Part shown: positions 19,134 to 29,456 of the stretch, in pieces
How positions within the stretch are numbered: position 1 is the first letter of the stretch
Layout: each line of letters starts with the position of its first letter
Source of the DNA: Bacteroidia bacterium
GTDB lineage: Bacteria > Bacteroidota > Bacteroidia > M30B66
Assembly: GCA_046302715.1 (NCBI GenBank)
Contig: JBKCHQ010000076.1
Location: 1-62,978, forward strand
DNA length: 62,978 nucleotides
Direction: 5' to 3'
The notes under the pieces: model-generated
What the model was told of the DNA's origin: nothing
What the model saw: only the letters and a program-made list of their open reading frames with translations
The model's database searches: none
Made by a program: the position numbers and the translations under genes

Positions 19134-21158
19134 TTATGGAGGTTCGTTAAAGTATTTTGGCTTTTTCATTTTACTTAACCCTAAAGCATGGCCGAAAATG
19201 AGATTGCCCAAATAATCCTGTTGAATAAAAAACACCGAGTTATCCAACAAGCCTTCGTTAGTTGTATAATGCACCAAATTGTTTTGACGCATCCTTATAG
19301 CTCCATCCTTCTCGGTTCCAATCCAAACATCGCCCTCGACATCTTCCTTTAAACACAAAAGTTTTATTGGAACATTCGAGCGCTTTACACTAAAATATCG
19401 AATTTCGTTTTTAGAGATTTGTGCAACTGCATTGTCGTAGAGCACCCACAGTGTTCCGGATATGTCCATGTGCAGCTTACGAATCAATCCTTTTGCATCG
19501 TCCTGTTTAATATTGGTGGCCACCAGTCTTTTTCCGACCCATTTAAAAATTTCGTTCTCGGTAGCCACCCAAATAGTACCCAAGCGATCGCAATGTATAT
19601 CAGTAATATAACTGGATTGGACATTCGCTTTATCAAACCAAGTTACCGTAGATTTAGTGTTATCTATTACCCCCAAACCTACATCTACTGTTCCTACCCA
19701 AATATTGCCAGTTGTATCTCGTGTGAGACAGGAAATCTTCAAATTTTCATCCTTACGCCCGAGATCAATTTGAGTAACATTGTTTTTCTTTAATTCAATA
19801 ATACCCGCCCCCGAGCTTCCCATCCACATGGTTTCTTGGTCAAGCTCGAGCAGCGTTTTTATTTTTTGCGAGAAAATTGCTTGCGAAATATGATAAAAAC
19901 CGGTATTCCCCAAACGCGAAAGTCCGCTGCCATAAGAACTAACCCAAAGACTACCTTCTTTGTCATGAAGCAAGTCTATGGTCATAAGCCCAGATATGCC
20001 TGTCCCATTTCCGTATCGTGTGATAGTTCCATCTTTTAAGCGGGCTATTCCTTGACCATAAATGGCCAACCAAAGCGAACTATCGCTGCGCCACTCTAAA
20101 TCTGAAATGCTTGCATTTTTAAGAACCTTTGTATCATAAGTATAAAAACTATTATGATTCCAGAACAATAACCCAACATTTGGTGTCCCAATAATGAGGT
20201 TGTTATCGCTATCTTTATTCAAAGACCACATTGTACTATCGGGCAAGCCCTGTTTATCGGTGTATCGCTTTACCTTTTTATTTCCGATAAAGCTGATGCC
20301 TTTTGTACCTACTGCTGCCATTATGCCTCCATTAAGCTCCAAAAAACGCCAAATTATATTTCCGGGAGCACCCTGTGAGGCATTAAAGTTTGCAATACGG
20401 CCCTTTTCAATTATAGAGATGCCTGCCTCGTTCGAGCCTGCCCAAATACGACCTTTCGAATCGGTGTAGAGGGTATTAATGGAATTGGAGCAAAGGCCTT
20501 GTTCCACAGTATATTGTTTGAGCATATATCCGTCGAAGCAAAACAAGCCTTTATCGTTACTGCCGATCCAAATATTGCCGATGCTATCTGTACAGAGGCT
20601 AAAAATATCGTTGCTTGGAAGCCCTTGGTCTGCCGAAAAATTGAAGAAATGTGTTCCGTCGAAACGCGTTATGCCGCTACGTTGATGGGCAAGCCAGATA
20701 AACCCTGAGTGGTCCTGAATAATTGCACGCAACGATTGATCGGGAAGGCCTTGCCGAATACCCAACAGCGAAAAACCATGGGGATTAATTTCTCGGGAAT
20801 CATATGGCGAAGCATCCACTTTTTTGGGCGCCCCCATTATAATTTGAATTGGATTTTTTTGCGGGGCGATAAAGTTAAAATTCCAAGCAGGAAAAGAATC
20901 AGGGGCAGTAGTTGGAATAAGCCGCAGCGAATATTGGCCGCTTGAATCTCGGGTTTCGAGTTTAGAAATGGGGTTGCGTTTTACAGCTTTTTTAAGCAGA
21001 ATTTGAAGAGATGCGGAGGTATCGATTTGGAGTCGATCTTTCCATATTTCTTTACAGATTATTGCATTATTACTGTGAATGGGATCGATCGCAGAATCGC
21101 GGCAAGCAGTAAATAACAAGATCAGCAAGAAAAAAAGATATGCGATCCTGTATGTCAT
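19134..21158 (-). CDS. Lipoprotein with two-component regulator propeller (Reg_prop) repeats; N-terminal part of a split sensor cyclase
   Basis: Lipobox LFTAC; many D..GNIWIG repeats; ends in TAA immediately followed by the in-frame ATG of the cyclase ORF. Confidence 0.85.
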   Translation of the reverse strand: MTYRIAYLFFLLILLFTACRDSAIDPIHSNNAIICKEIWKDRLQIDTSASLQILLKKAVKRNPISKLETRDSSGQYSLRLIPTTAPDSFPAWNFNFIAPQKNPIQIIMGAPKKVDASPYDSREINPHGFSLLGIRQGLPDQSLRAIIQDHSGFIWLAHQRSGITRFDGTHFFNFSADQGLPSNDIFSLCTDSIGNIWIGSNDKGLFCFDGYMLKQYTVEQGLCSNSINTLYTDSKGRIWAGSNEAGISIIEKGRIANFNASQGAPGNIIWRFLELNGGIMAAVGTKGISFIGNKKVKRYTDKQGLPDSTMWSLNKDSDNNLIIGTPNVGLLFWNHNSFYTYDTKVLKNASISDLEWRSDSSLWLAIYGQGIARLKDGTITRYGNGTGISGLMTIDLLHDKEGSLWVSSYGSGLSRLGNTGFYHISQAIFSQKIKTLLELDQETMWMGSSGAGIIELKKNNVTQIDLGRKDENLKISCLTRDTTGNIWVGTVDVGLGVIDNTKSTVTWFDKANVQSSYITDIHCDRLGTIWVATENEIFKWVGKRLVATNIKQDDAKGLIRKLHMDISGTLWVLYDNAVAQISKNEIRYFSVKRSNVPIKLLCLKEDVEGDVWIGTEKDGAIRMRQNNLVHYTTNEGLLDNSVFFIQQDYLGNLIFGHALGLSKMKKPKYFNEPP

Positions 21159-21164
21159 TTTCCA

Positions 21165-22118
21165 TTATTCCTTAAAGAGCGAATCTACAAACTCATTTCG
21201 ATTAAAGCGCTGCAGGTCGGTCATTTTTTCACCTAAGCCAATATATTTAACAGGCACCTTAAATTGGTCTGAAATACCTATAACTACTCCTCCTTTTGCA
21301 GTACCATCGAGCTTGGTGAGCGCCAGTGCATTTACTTCGGTGGCCTGCATAAACTGCCGGCATTGCTCTACGGCATTTTGACCGGTTGAGGCATCTAAAA
21401 CAAGTAAAATTTCATGCGGCGCGTCGGGTATCACCTTCTGCATTACACGCTTAATTTTAGAAAGCTCATTCATGAGGTTTACCTTATTATGCAACCGACC
21501 AGCAGTATCAATCAACACAACCTGAGCACCATCGGATTTTGCCTTTTGAACGGCATCAAAGGCCACGGCAGCCGGATCGGCATTCATGCCATGTTCAACC
21601 AGAGGAACACCTACACGGTCGGCCCAAATGCGAATTTGATCAACCGCAGCCGCACGAAAGGTGTCGGCCGCTCCCAATACTACTTTTTTACCAGCCAATT
21701 TATACTGATGAGCGAGTTTGGCTATAGTGGTCGTTTTACCCACCCCATTAACGCCCACCACCATTACAACATACGGCCGGTCGTTGAAGGGAGTATCAAA
21801 TTCCATCTGGTCATTTTCCTCCTGCTCTGCCATCAAGGACGAAATTTCCTGCCGAAGGATAGAATTTAACTCAGAAGTAGACATGTATTTATCGCGTGCC
21901 ACACGTTCCTGAATTCGCGATACAATCTTGAGTGTAGTTTCAACACCTACATCGGCTCCAATGAGTATTTCCTCCAAGTTGTCGAGCACCTCATCATCAA
22001 CGCTCGATTTGCCAATAATAGCCTTTGCCAGCCTCGAGAAGAAGCTTTCTTTGGTTTTGGCCAAACCCTGATCTAAGGTTTCTTTTTTCTCCTTTGTAAA
22101 AAAACTAAAAAAGCCCAT
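21165..22118 (-). CDS. ftsY: Signal recognition particle receptor FtsY
   Basis: GVNGVGKTTT, DTFRAAA, DTAGR, TKLDGTAKGG. Confidence 0.97.
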   Translation of the reverse strand: MGFFSFFTKEKKETLDQGLAKTKESFFSRLAKAIIGKSSVDDEVLDNLEEILIGADVGVETTLKIVSRIQERVARDKYMSTSELNSILRQEISSLMAEQEENDQMEFDTPFNDRPYVVMVVGVNGVGKTTTIAKLAHQYKLAGKKVVLGAADTFRAAAVDQIRIWADRVGVPLVEHGMNADPAAVAFDAVQKAKSDGAQVVLIDTAGRLHNKVNLMNELSKIKRVMQKVIPDAPHEILLVLDASTGQNAVEQCRQFMQATEVNALALTKLDGTAKGGVVIGISDQFKVPVKYIGLGEKMTDLQRFNRNEFVDSLFKE

Positions 22119-22141
22119 TTAATTTCGTGTGTAAATAAACT

Positions 22142-22172
22142 AAAAAAGCTTCCTCCGCAAAGGAAGAAGCTT
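22142..22172 (-). terminator. Intrinsic terminator between the DUF4295 gene and ftsY
   Basis: 11-bp stem aagcttcttcc / ggaggaagctt, loop tttgc, followed by a T run on the minus strand. Confidence 0.75.
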
Positions 22173-22195
22173 CAATACGAACGCTATAGAGGGAA

Positions 22196-22351
22196 TTATT
22201 TCCCGTTGAGGATATCCTTTACGTGATCGTTATGAACTACTTCTTCTTTAAAGGCATAAGAACCGGTTTTAGGGCTCTTAACCATTTTAATCACTTTAGT
22301 AAAAGACTTTCCGGCTCCTGTTTTGAGGGTTGCCACTACTTTCTTTGCCAT
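22196..22351 (-). CDS. DUF4295 family small protein (51 aa, absent from the ORF track)
   Basis: MAKKVVATLKTGAGKSFTKVIKMVKSPKTGSYAFKEEVV..., in the usual position between rpmG and ftsY. Confidence 0.9.
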   Translation of the reverse strand: MAKKVVATLKTGAGKSFTKVIKMVKSPKTGSYAFKEEVVHNDHVKDILNGK

Positions 22352-22372
22352 GACTTATGCTGTATTAAAAGA

Positions 22373-22555
22373 TTATTTAATTTCCTTGTGGAGCGTAACA
22401 CGCTTCAATACTGGATTGTATTTTTTAAGCTCCAGACGTTCTGAAGTATTTTTCTTGTTTTTGGTAGTAATATACCTCGATGTTCCAGGAACACCGCTTG
22501 TCTTATGTTCGGTGCACTCCATAATTACTTGCACTCGGTTGCCTTTCTTTGCCAT
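22373..22555 (-). CDS. rpmG: 50S ribosomal protein L33
   Basis: [17 protein letters not shown]...[21 protein letters not shown]. Confidence 0.97.
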   Translation of the reverse strand: MAKKGNRVQVIMECTEHKTSGVPGTSRYITTKNKKNTSERLELKKYNPVLKRVTLHKEIK

Positions 22556-22586
22556 AATCTGTTGAGGCTTTAATTTTTTAGGGATG

Positions 22587-22594
22587 CAAATATA
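22587..22594 (-). promoter_or_regulatory. -7 promoter element for rpmG
   Basis: TATATTTG on the minus strand, 31 nt upstream of the start. Confidence 0.55.
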
Positions 22595-22745
22595 GGTATA
22601 TTTTCCAGCAGAACTACAAAATGGGGCAAATAATTTTTTGTCATTTCTCCTTTTTTAAAAATGAACATTTCAAATGAAATGACTTTAGTTTATGGCTTTC
22701 AGCTAATTTTTCTGGTGTGTATGCCTTTTAATCACCAAATCCATT

Positions 22746-24005
22746 TCAATCGGCTTTGCCGCTATTTTCTTCCAATTTTCGCGAAAGCGCTTCGTAATCT
22801 GCAAATTGCTGCATGTAGCCCGGCATGTAGTTCGGATACCGTATGAGATGAATTTTTCGCACTTCGGCCGTAAGCAATTTTCTAAACACTTCTATATTTT
22901 CCTTTGCGGTGGCCGATATAAATAATGCGGGCTCACTGTGGCGAGCCATCCAGCTTCGCTTCCAATCGTCGAGACTTAAATGCTGCCTCAACACCGGGCT
23001 CAGGTCGCCCTCTTCACGCTGCACATACGTAAAGGCATCAATTTTATTAAATACCATTATCGTAGGTTTGTCGAGGCAACCAATGTCGCGAAGTGTTTCA
23101 TTCACCGAGCGAATGTGGTCTTCAAAGGAAGGATGCGAAATATCCACCACATGAATTAAAATATCGGCTTCGCGCACCTCATCTAAGGTTGACTTAAACG
23201 ATTCGATAAGTTGCGTGGGTAGCTTTCGAATAAAGCCCACCGTATCTGAAAGTAAAAAGGGAATCTGATCGAGCACCACTTTACGCACCGTAGTATCCAG
23301 GGTAGCAAAAAGTTTGTTCTCGGCAAACACTTCCGATTTGCTGATCAGATTCATGATTGTACTTTTCCCCACATTAGTGTAGCCCACCAAAGCTACACGT
23401 ACCAGCTCACCTCTGTTTTTACGCTGGGTGGCCATCTGTTTATCTATATGGCGCAGCTTTTCCTTAAGTAGCGCAATTTTATCCTGAATAATACGCCGAT
23501 CGGTTTCAATTTGTGTCTCGCCCGGGCCACGCATTCCAATGCCCCCTTTCTGCCGTTCGAGGTGGGTCCACATGCGGGTTAATCGGGGCAGCAAATATTG
23601 GTATTGCGCTAATTCTACCTGTGTTTTAGCGTGTGAGGTACGCGCTCGTCCGGCAAAAATATCCAGAATGAGGCTGTTTCGGTCAAGTACTTTAATCTGC
23701 GTGAGCTTCTCCAGGTTGCGCAACTGCGACGGACTCAATTCATCGTCGAAAATAAGCAGGTCGATATTGTTGTCTTTAATGTAAGCAATAATGTCGTTTA
23801 CCTTGCCCGATCCCATAAAGGTGCGCGAATCGGGATGATCGAGTTTCTGTGTAAATCGTTTTACCGGCAAGGCACCCGCTGTTTCGGCCAAAAAGGCCAA
23901 CTCATCTAAATATTCATCGAGCTGACTCTCGCTCTGATGGCGTGTTACTATACCTGCCAGAATGGCTCTTTCCTGCTTTTTGCGTTGTAGAAGAATGTCT
24001 TTCAC
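22746..24005 (-). CDS. hflX: GTPase HflX
   Basis: LVGYTNVGKST, LFATLD, DTVGF, NKID; GIGMRGPGETQIETDRR. Confidence 0.97.
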   Translation of the reverse strand: MKDILLQRKKQERAILAGIVTRHQSESQLDEYLDELAFLAETAGALPVKRFTQKLDHPDSRTFMGSGKVNDIIAYIKDNNIDLLIFDDELSPSQLRNLEKLTQIKVLDRNSLILDIFAGRARTSHAKTQVELAQYQYLLPRLTRMWTHLERQKGGIGMRGPGETQIETDRRIIQDKIALLKEKLRHIDKQMATQRKNRGELVRVALVGYTNVGKSTIMNLISKSEVFAENKLFATLDTTVRKVVLDQIPFLLSDTVGFIRKLPTQLIESFKSTLDEVREADILIHVVDISHPSFEDHIRSVNETLRDIGCLDKPTIMVFNKIDAFTYVQREEGDLSPVLRQHLSLDDWKRSWMARHSEPALFISATAKENIEVFRKLLTAEVRKIHLIRYPNYMPGYMQQFADYEALSRKLEENSGKAD

Positions 24006-24023
24006 TCAAAGTGCTTAATCGCA

Positions 24024-24031
24024 CAAATATA
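24024..24031 (-). promoter_or_regulatory. -7 promoter element for hflX
   Basis: TATATTTG on the minus strand upstream of the start. Confidence 0.5.
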
Positions 24032-24088
24032 GGTTATGAGGCCTCATCAAATTATGATGCAAATAATAAAACGACGCAGCCATTAAGT

Positions 24089-24589
24089 CTATACCAATAC
24101 ATGATAGTTAACGGTCTCTGAACTTGGTGTTTCGTAAGAAAAACCAGTTACGAGTGTTTCAATTTTTTGCTCTGTTATCCATTGCGCCTCAAGTAAATCG
24201 GCCCAAGCTCTGAGATACACCACTACATCGGCTTTGTGGTTATGCCTAAGATGGCTAACTCCCGCTCTACGGAGCACATTTTGATCTTCTAATCGTTCGA
24301 GATTGATTAAATCCTGGATAGAAAAGCCCGCTTCTTCCATGTGCACAATAATTTGATCCATTGGCAAGCCCGATACAGGGCAATATTCACGCAATTGTTC
24401 GCGCCAATCGCCCGAATGGGTCATGGCAGCATTGTGAATAACCGAAGGGTGCAGCTTGTTAATTTCCTGCGCCAAATAGCCGCAGTTGCAAAAACCCATG
24501 TGTCCCCACTGGTAGTGGTTTTCGCATTCAAGTCGCTGCGCGGTAGCACGTAGATATTCAAAATGTAAAGGCCTTGGAGGAGTGTTCAT
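24089..24589 (-). CDS. Hypothetical protein with a YQWGHMGxCNCG motif
   Basis: 166-aa ORF filling the intergenic gap; no family recognised. Confidence 0.7.
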   Translation of the reverse strand: MNTPPRPLHFEYLRATAQRLECENHYQWGHMGFCNCGYLAQEINKLHPSVIHNAAMTHSGDWREQLREYCPVSGLPMDQIIVHMEEAGFSIQDLINLERLEDQNVLRRAGVSHLRHNHKADVVVYLRAWADLLEAQWITEQKIETLVTGFSYETPSSETVNYHVLV

Positions 24590-24671
24590 AATATGTATAT
24601 TAAGGAACGTTAAATATCAAACAAATAGCCGATAAACTTGTTTAATTTGCGAGAACGATTTACCAAGAACG

Positions 24672-25271
24672 ATGACAACCGAGAAAACATTGCCCATTTT
24701 TCCGCTGTCGGCAGTGGTATTGCCTGGCGAAGAATTGTATTTGCACATTTTTGAGCCCCGCTATAAGCAGCTTATGCAGTATGCCGAAGAACACGGAGCT
24801 TCGTTCGGTATTCCCTTTGTTTCAAACAAAACACTGCGGGAATATGGCTCAGAAGTAAAGCTTAAGTCGGTATTTTCTCGTAACTCAAATGGCGAACTCG
24901 ATATTTCAGTAATTGGTGTAGGAATTTTCAAACTTACTGAGGTACTTGATACCGAAAGCACCTTGTATTCGCAAGCCTTAGTGGACTCCTGCGACATTAA
25001 CACTTCAATGCCATTGCAACCTACGCTTCATCAGTGGGTGCGCCAATATTTGGAACTTAAAAACGGGAAACCCAGTGCTATACCCGAACATGTTGAAATG
25101 AGCAGCTTTGATGCAGCGGTTCTTCTAAGCCTGCATCCCGAAAAAAAATACCATCTACTCGAACTACAAGAAGAGATTGCTCGACAAACCTGGTTGATAA
25201 ACGAGTTAAAAGTAATGATCCAAGCCCGTAAACACGAGATTTTACTGCAGGATAATTTTATCATGAATTAA
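24672..25271 (+). CDS. Stand-alone LON peptidase substrate-binding domain protein
   Basis: LPIFPL..VVLPGE.L.LHIFEPRYKQL motif. Confidence 0.88.
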   Translation: MTTEKTLPIFPLSAVVLPGEELYLHIFEPRYKQLMQYAEEHGASFGIPFVSNKTLREYGSEVKLKSVFSRNSNGELDISVIGVGIFKLTEVLDTESTLYSQALVDSCDINTSMPLQPTLHQWVRQYLELKNGKPSAIPEHVEMSSFDAAVLLSLHPEKKYHLLELQEEIARQTWLINELKVMIQARKHEILLQDNFIMN

Positions 25272-25340
25272 TTTTTAGCAGCATCTTGATTCTTTGAATT
25301 AGATTTACGTACTTTGCAGCCCTTAAAAAATATTCGGGTT

Positions 25341-25574
25341 ATGTCTAAAATTTGTCAACTCACCGGTAAGAAAGCCCTTAAAGGCAATCACGTTTCGTTT
25401 TCAAACCGCAAAACCAAGCGTCGTTTTAATCCGAATTTAGTGACTAAGAAATTCTTTATCCCTGAAGAACAAGCATGGATTACCATCCGTTTGTCAACTT
25501 CTGCTTTGCGCACTGTAAACAAAATCGGCATCACCGAAGCTCTGCGTCGCATCGATAAGCAAGGTATTTTATAA
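25341..25574 (+). CDS. rpmB: 50S ribosomal protein L28
   Basis: MSKICQLTGK...GNHVSFSNRKTKRRF.PNL. Confidence 0.96.
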   Translation: MSKICQLTGKKALKGNHVSFSNRKTKRRFNPNLVTKKFFIPEEQAWITIRLSTSALRTVNKIGITEALRRIDKQGIL

Positions 25575-25634
25575 TACATGTATTAATTTGTTCTCTACGC
25601 CGGCCTTGTGTCGGCGTTTTTTTTATCCCAGCAT

Positions 25635-27179
25635 ATGCGTAATCTTATCCCATTAACATTATGTCTAAGCTCATTGCTTGTGCATGCAGTTCCCGATTTG
25701 CGCCGCCTTGAGTTTCTGTTTTACCCACAGTTTAAATCACAAACCATTAAAGGAAAAGTGGTTCAAACTTGGCAATGTTCAGCAGGTGATACCTTTAGTT
25801 TATTTCTTAAGGAACCGCTTAAATATACTTCAATACAGTATCCCAAAAGCACCGTAAAAATGGAGATATTGGGCAACCGAAGGTTTTTTAAAGTGTTAAT
25901 TAATGCTCGATTTGACATTACAATAAAATATGGAGGCAAGCCACAGGATGCCAAAAATCCACCTTGGGATGGGGGTATGGTTTGGCGCACCGATGCCACG
26001 GGCAAGCCTTGGTTGGGAGTAAGTTGCCAGGGCCAGGGCTCATCGTTATGGTGGCCAGCTCCTAATGATTATCTCGACGAAGCCGATTCGGTTACTTTCA
26101 CTTCTGTGTATCCTTCTTCATTATTCTTTAAAGGCAACGGAAAGCAAATGGCCGATAAAATTAAAGGCAAAACCCGCACCACCACCTGGCAAACCACGCT
26201 GCCTATTAATCTCTACAACATAACTGTAAACATTGCCGATTATGCGCATTATTCGGAAGTTTTAGAACGGCCCGACGGATCTAAGCTGGCGATTGATTAT
26301 TACCCATTAACTTATAATCTCGAAAACGCCCAACGACAGTTTAAATACACCAAACCGATGTTAACCTGCTTTGAAAAGGCTTTTGGCATATATCCCTGCT
26401 CTAATGATGGCTTCTCGGTGGTCGAAACCGCTTATGCTGGCATGGAGCATCAGGGTGCTATTGCCTATGGCAACGGTTATAAAGACGGCTATTCGGGGGA
26501 GGATTATTCTATGATTGGCCTTCCTATGGATTTTATTTTGGTGCATGAAAGTGCGCACGAATGGTGGGGGAATTCGGTTTCGGCGCGCAATGCCCGCGAT
26601 TTTTGGTTGCAGGAGGCTTTGTGCACCTATGCCGAAATGTTTTATGTGTCTTGCATTTTCGGGGAAGAGAAAGCACTTGACTACATAGCCGCAAAGCAGA
26701 AAATGGTACTTAACCAATCTTCCATTTTAAGTGGCGGAGAGGGCAGCGAATCCGATATGTATACCAAAGGAGCCCTCATGTTTCATACGTTAAGCCGCTT
26801 TTATTCGAACACTAAGGTTTGGGATGATTTAATGTACCAACTGGCCGATGAATTTAGATTTAAAGAACTCAGCACCGAGGAGTTGGCCGCATGGTTTGTA
26901 AAGCAAACCGAAGGCTTGTCCACCGCTTTTTTTTACCAGTATCTGGATGTGGCCTCCCCTCCTATTTTGGAATACTCCCGCGAGCAAACCGATGAAGGCT
27001 ACTGGCTTAAATTTAGAGTTAAAAATGCGCTTGATCAATTCGTTTTACCCGTTCGCTGGACTTCCGGCAACGAAACCTGGACCACCAAATGCACAGGCCA
27101 ATGGCAGCGCATCAAAATTGGCCCGGGCGATTTTCCCGAACCCGACGCTAAATATTCTTATTTTAAACTTAACCGATAA
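25635..27179 (+). CDS. M1 family metallopeptidase
   Basis: YAGMEHQ, HESAHEWWG, WLQEA; signal peptide. Confidence 0.9.
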   Translation: MRNLIPLTLCLSSLLVHAVPDLRRLEFLFYPQFKSQTIKGKVVQTWQCSAGDTFSLFLKEPLKYTSIQYPKSTVKMEILGNRRFFKVLINARFDITIKYGGKPQDAKNPPWDGGMVWRTDATGKPWLGVSCQGQGSSLWWPAPNDYLDEADSVTFTSVYPSSLFFKGNGKQMADKIKGKTRTTTWQTTLPINLYNITVNIADYAHYSEVLERPDGSKLAIDYYPLTYNLENAQRQFKYTKPMLTCFEKAFGIYPCSNDGFSVVETAYAGMEHQGAIAYGNGYKDGYSGEDYSMIGLPMDFILVHESAHEWWGNSVSARNARDFWLQEALCTYAEMFYVSCIFGEEKALDYIAAKQKMVLNQSSILSGGEGSESDMYTKGALMFHTLSRFYSNTKVWDDLMYQLADEFRFKELSTEELAAWFVKQTEGLSTAFFYQYLDVASPPILEYSREQTDEGYWLKFRVKNALDQFVLPVRWTSGNETWTTKCTGQWQRIKIGPGDFPEPDAKYSYFKLNR

Positions 27180-27255
27180 GATTTGGCCTTAATCGGGTCA
27201 AAAGGTTATAATTCAAAATGAAATGCTATTTTTACACCTCAATTAATTACAGAAC

Positions 27256-29445
27256 ATGACATTAAATCAATTACGCGTATTTTTAACTTTTTGTGTTTTA
27301 GGTAGTGTAAATTCGCTCCATGCGCAATTAACCATTACACAATCTCCGGCCAATAACCTCGTTGAGAATGTTTTAGTTGGCGCGGGAATTCAGGTGACTA
27401 ACGTAACCTCTGGCGGCAATGCCGATCAGATTGGAACGTTTACAAACGGCAACACGGTTAACCTCGGAGTAGCAAATGGTGTAATGATGACTACCGGTAG
27501 TTTTACTACGCAGTCGGATCAGGCATCTGGGCCCGGATACATTGGTTCTGCTGCAAATGCAGGCACAAGCTCAACTTCTGGTGCCAATACTTTAGCCGAC
27601 GACCCTGATTTAAATACCATAATCTCAAGCTTTGGGGCTCCCGCCACCACTAACAATATTGCCTTAATTGAATTTGATTTCGTTCCGGCTGGCGATTCGG
27701 TTGCTTTTAACTATGTATTTGCCTCTGAAGAGTACAACGGTTTTGTGTGCTCTCAGTTTTTTGATGTGTTCGGTTTCTTTATATCCGGCCCGGGTATAAA
27801 TGGCCCATATGCCAACAATTCAGAAAATATTGCCGTAGTGCCCAATACCAATCCTGCCTTGCCGGTAAGTATGAATACCATCAACAGTGGTTTTAGTGAT
27901 GGAGGAATCTATTGCCCGCCCGGCGGTTTAAACAATCAGGCCTATTTTGTGGACAACAGCGGAAGCAGCAACTTTTCGCCTTATGGATACACCTCCGTTC
28001 TTACGGCTCAAGCCAACGTGCAGTGCGGCGAAACGTATCACATTAAACTAATCCTTGCCAACGGATCCGATCAATCCTACGATTCATGGGTGTTTCTTGA
28101 AGCCGAATCGTTTAGTTCATCCATACCGGATATTACCATTGCTAATTTACTTCCCGACTCTGCCTTTATTGAAGGATGCACCACGGGCGAAATTGTATTT
28201 CGTCGTAATTTAGCAGAAGATTCACTTATCATTCCTTTAGTATTTTCGGGCTCTGCGCAAAACGGAACCGATTATACCGGCCTTCCCGATTCGCTCATCT
28301 TCTTGCCCGGGCAAGATTCTATTTACTATGAATTACAACCTGCAGATGACGGCATCAGCGAAGGTGTTGATGGTTACGAAGAAATTGTAATCTCATTCGT
28401 TGTGGTAAACGAGTGCGGACAGGATTTCCCGGTAGAGAAAAAATTAAAAATTCGCGATCCGTATGAGATTAATCCCGGGCTCAACGATACGTTGCTTTTA
28501 TGTCCAAAGGACAATTTCTTAATTGCATCAAATCCAACAGGCGGATATGAGCCCTATTCCTTTATTTGGAACGATTCTGCCGGCACCACGAGTTCGTCGT
28601 TTACCTTCGATATTAATACTACTCAAACCTTTATAGTGCAGGTTAAAGATTCGCTGAATTGCCCCAATCAACCCTTTGCCGACACCATTACCGTAACCAT
28701 GGAGTACCAGGATTTAACTCCTGAATTTTCGATTCAAACGTTGTGCGAAGGCGATACTACAGTGCTGGTAGCTCAGGTCGAAAACGGACTTGAACCCTTT
28801 ATTTATTCCTGGTCAACCGGCGAACTCAACGATTCCATTACTGTGGTGGCCAGCGATTCTACCTTTTACACCTTCACGGTGGAGGATGCTTGCGGCTTTG
28901 AGGTTACCGATACCGCATTTGTGAATGTACCCATTTACGATTCTTTGATTGTTACCACTTTTGACACTACTGTTTGTTCTAATAATCCCATTGCCGGGCT
29001 TTTAGGATTTGCCTCAGGAGGAAACGGAATTTACACCTATGATTTTGACGGACCGGGAGATATTACATTTTTAAGCGATACTACGGCAACCGTTACAGTT
29101 TCAGGCCCATCGCAATACATCGTTACAGTTACCGACGGATGCGGAACCATTGCAGTAGATACGATAACCGTAAATGTTGAGGCCTGCGAATTGATTGCCT
29201 ACAATGCTTTTTCACCAAACGGCGATGGTAAAAATGATTTTTTCACCATACCAAGCATCCAGTATTATCCAGGCTCGACGGTGTATATTTTTAACCGCTG
29301 GGGCAAGAAAATTTTCGAAAAAACCGATTATCAGAACGACTGGAGCGGCAGCGATGTGCTTACCTCCGGAACCTATTATTATGTAATTGATCCGGGCGAT
29401 GGCAGCCAGCAGCTGAAGGGCTACGTTACCGTATTTAAGGACTAA
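27256..29445 (+). CDS. Choice-of-anchor L-like domain protein with gliding-motility-associated (CHU_C, T9SS type B) C-terminus
   Basis: IEFDFVP..FNYVFASEEY..F.CS.FFD.FGFFISGPG; C-terminal NAFSPNGDGKNDFF..IFNRWG..GTYYY. Confidence 0.85.
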   Translation: MTLNQLRVFLTFCVLGSVNSLHAQLTITQSPANNLVENVLVGAGIQVTNVTSGGNADQIGTFTNGNTVNLGVANGVMMTTGSFTTQSDQASGPGYIGSAANAGTSSTSGANTLADDPDLNTIISSFGAPATTNNIALIEFDFVPAGDSVAFNYVFASEEYNGFVCSQFFDVFGFFISGPGINGPYANNSENIAVVPNTNPALPVSMNTINSGFSDGGIYCPPGGLNNQAYFVDNSGSSNFSPYGYTSVLTAQANVQCGETYHIKLILANGSDQSYDSWVFLEAESFSSSIPDITIANLLPDSAFIEGCTTGEIVFRRNLAEDSLIIPLVFSGSAQNGTDYTGLPDSLIFLPGQDSIYYELQPADDGISEGVDGYEEIVISFVVVNECGQDFPVEKKLKIRDPYEINPGLNDTLLLCPKDNFLIASNPTGGYEPYSFIWNDSAGTTSSSFTFDINTTQTFIVQVKDSLNCPNQPFADTITVTMEYQDLTPEFSIQTLCEGDTTVLVAQVENGLEPFIYSWSTGELNDSITVVASDSTFYTFTVEDACGFEVTDTAFVNVPIYDSLIVTTFDTTVCSNNPIAGLLGFASGGNGIYTYDFDGPGDITFLSDTTATVTVSGPSQYIVTVTDGCGTIAVDTITVNVEACELIAYNAFSPNGDGKNDFFTIPSIQYYPGSTVYIFNRWGKKIFEKTDYQNDWSGSDVLTSGTYYYVIDPGDGSQQLKGYVTVFKD

Positions 29446-29456
29446 TTGTAAGGTTT

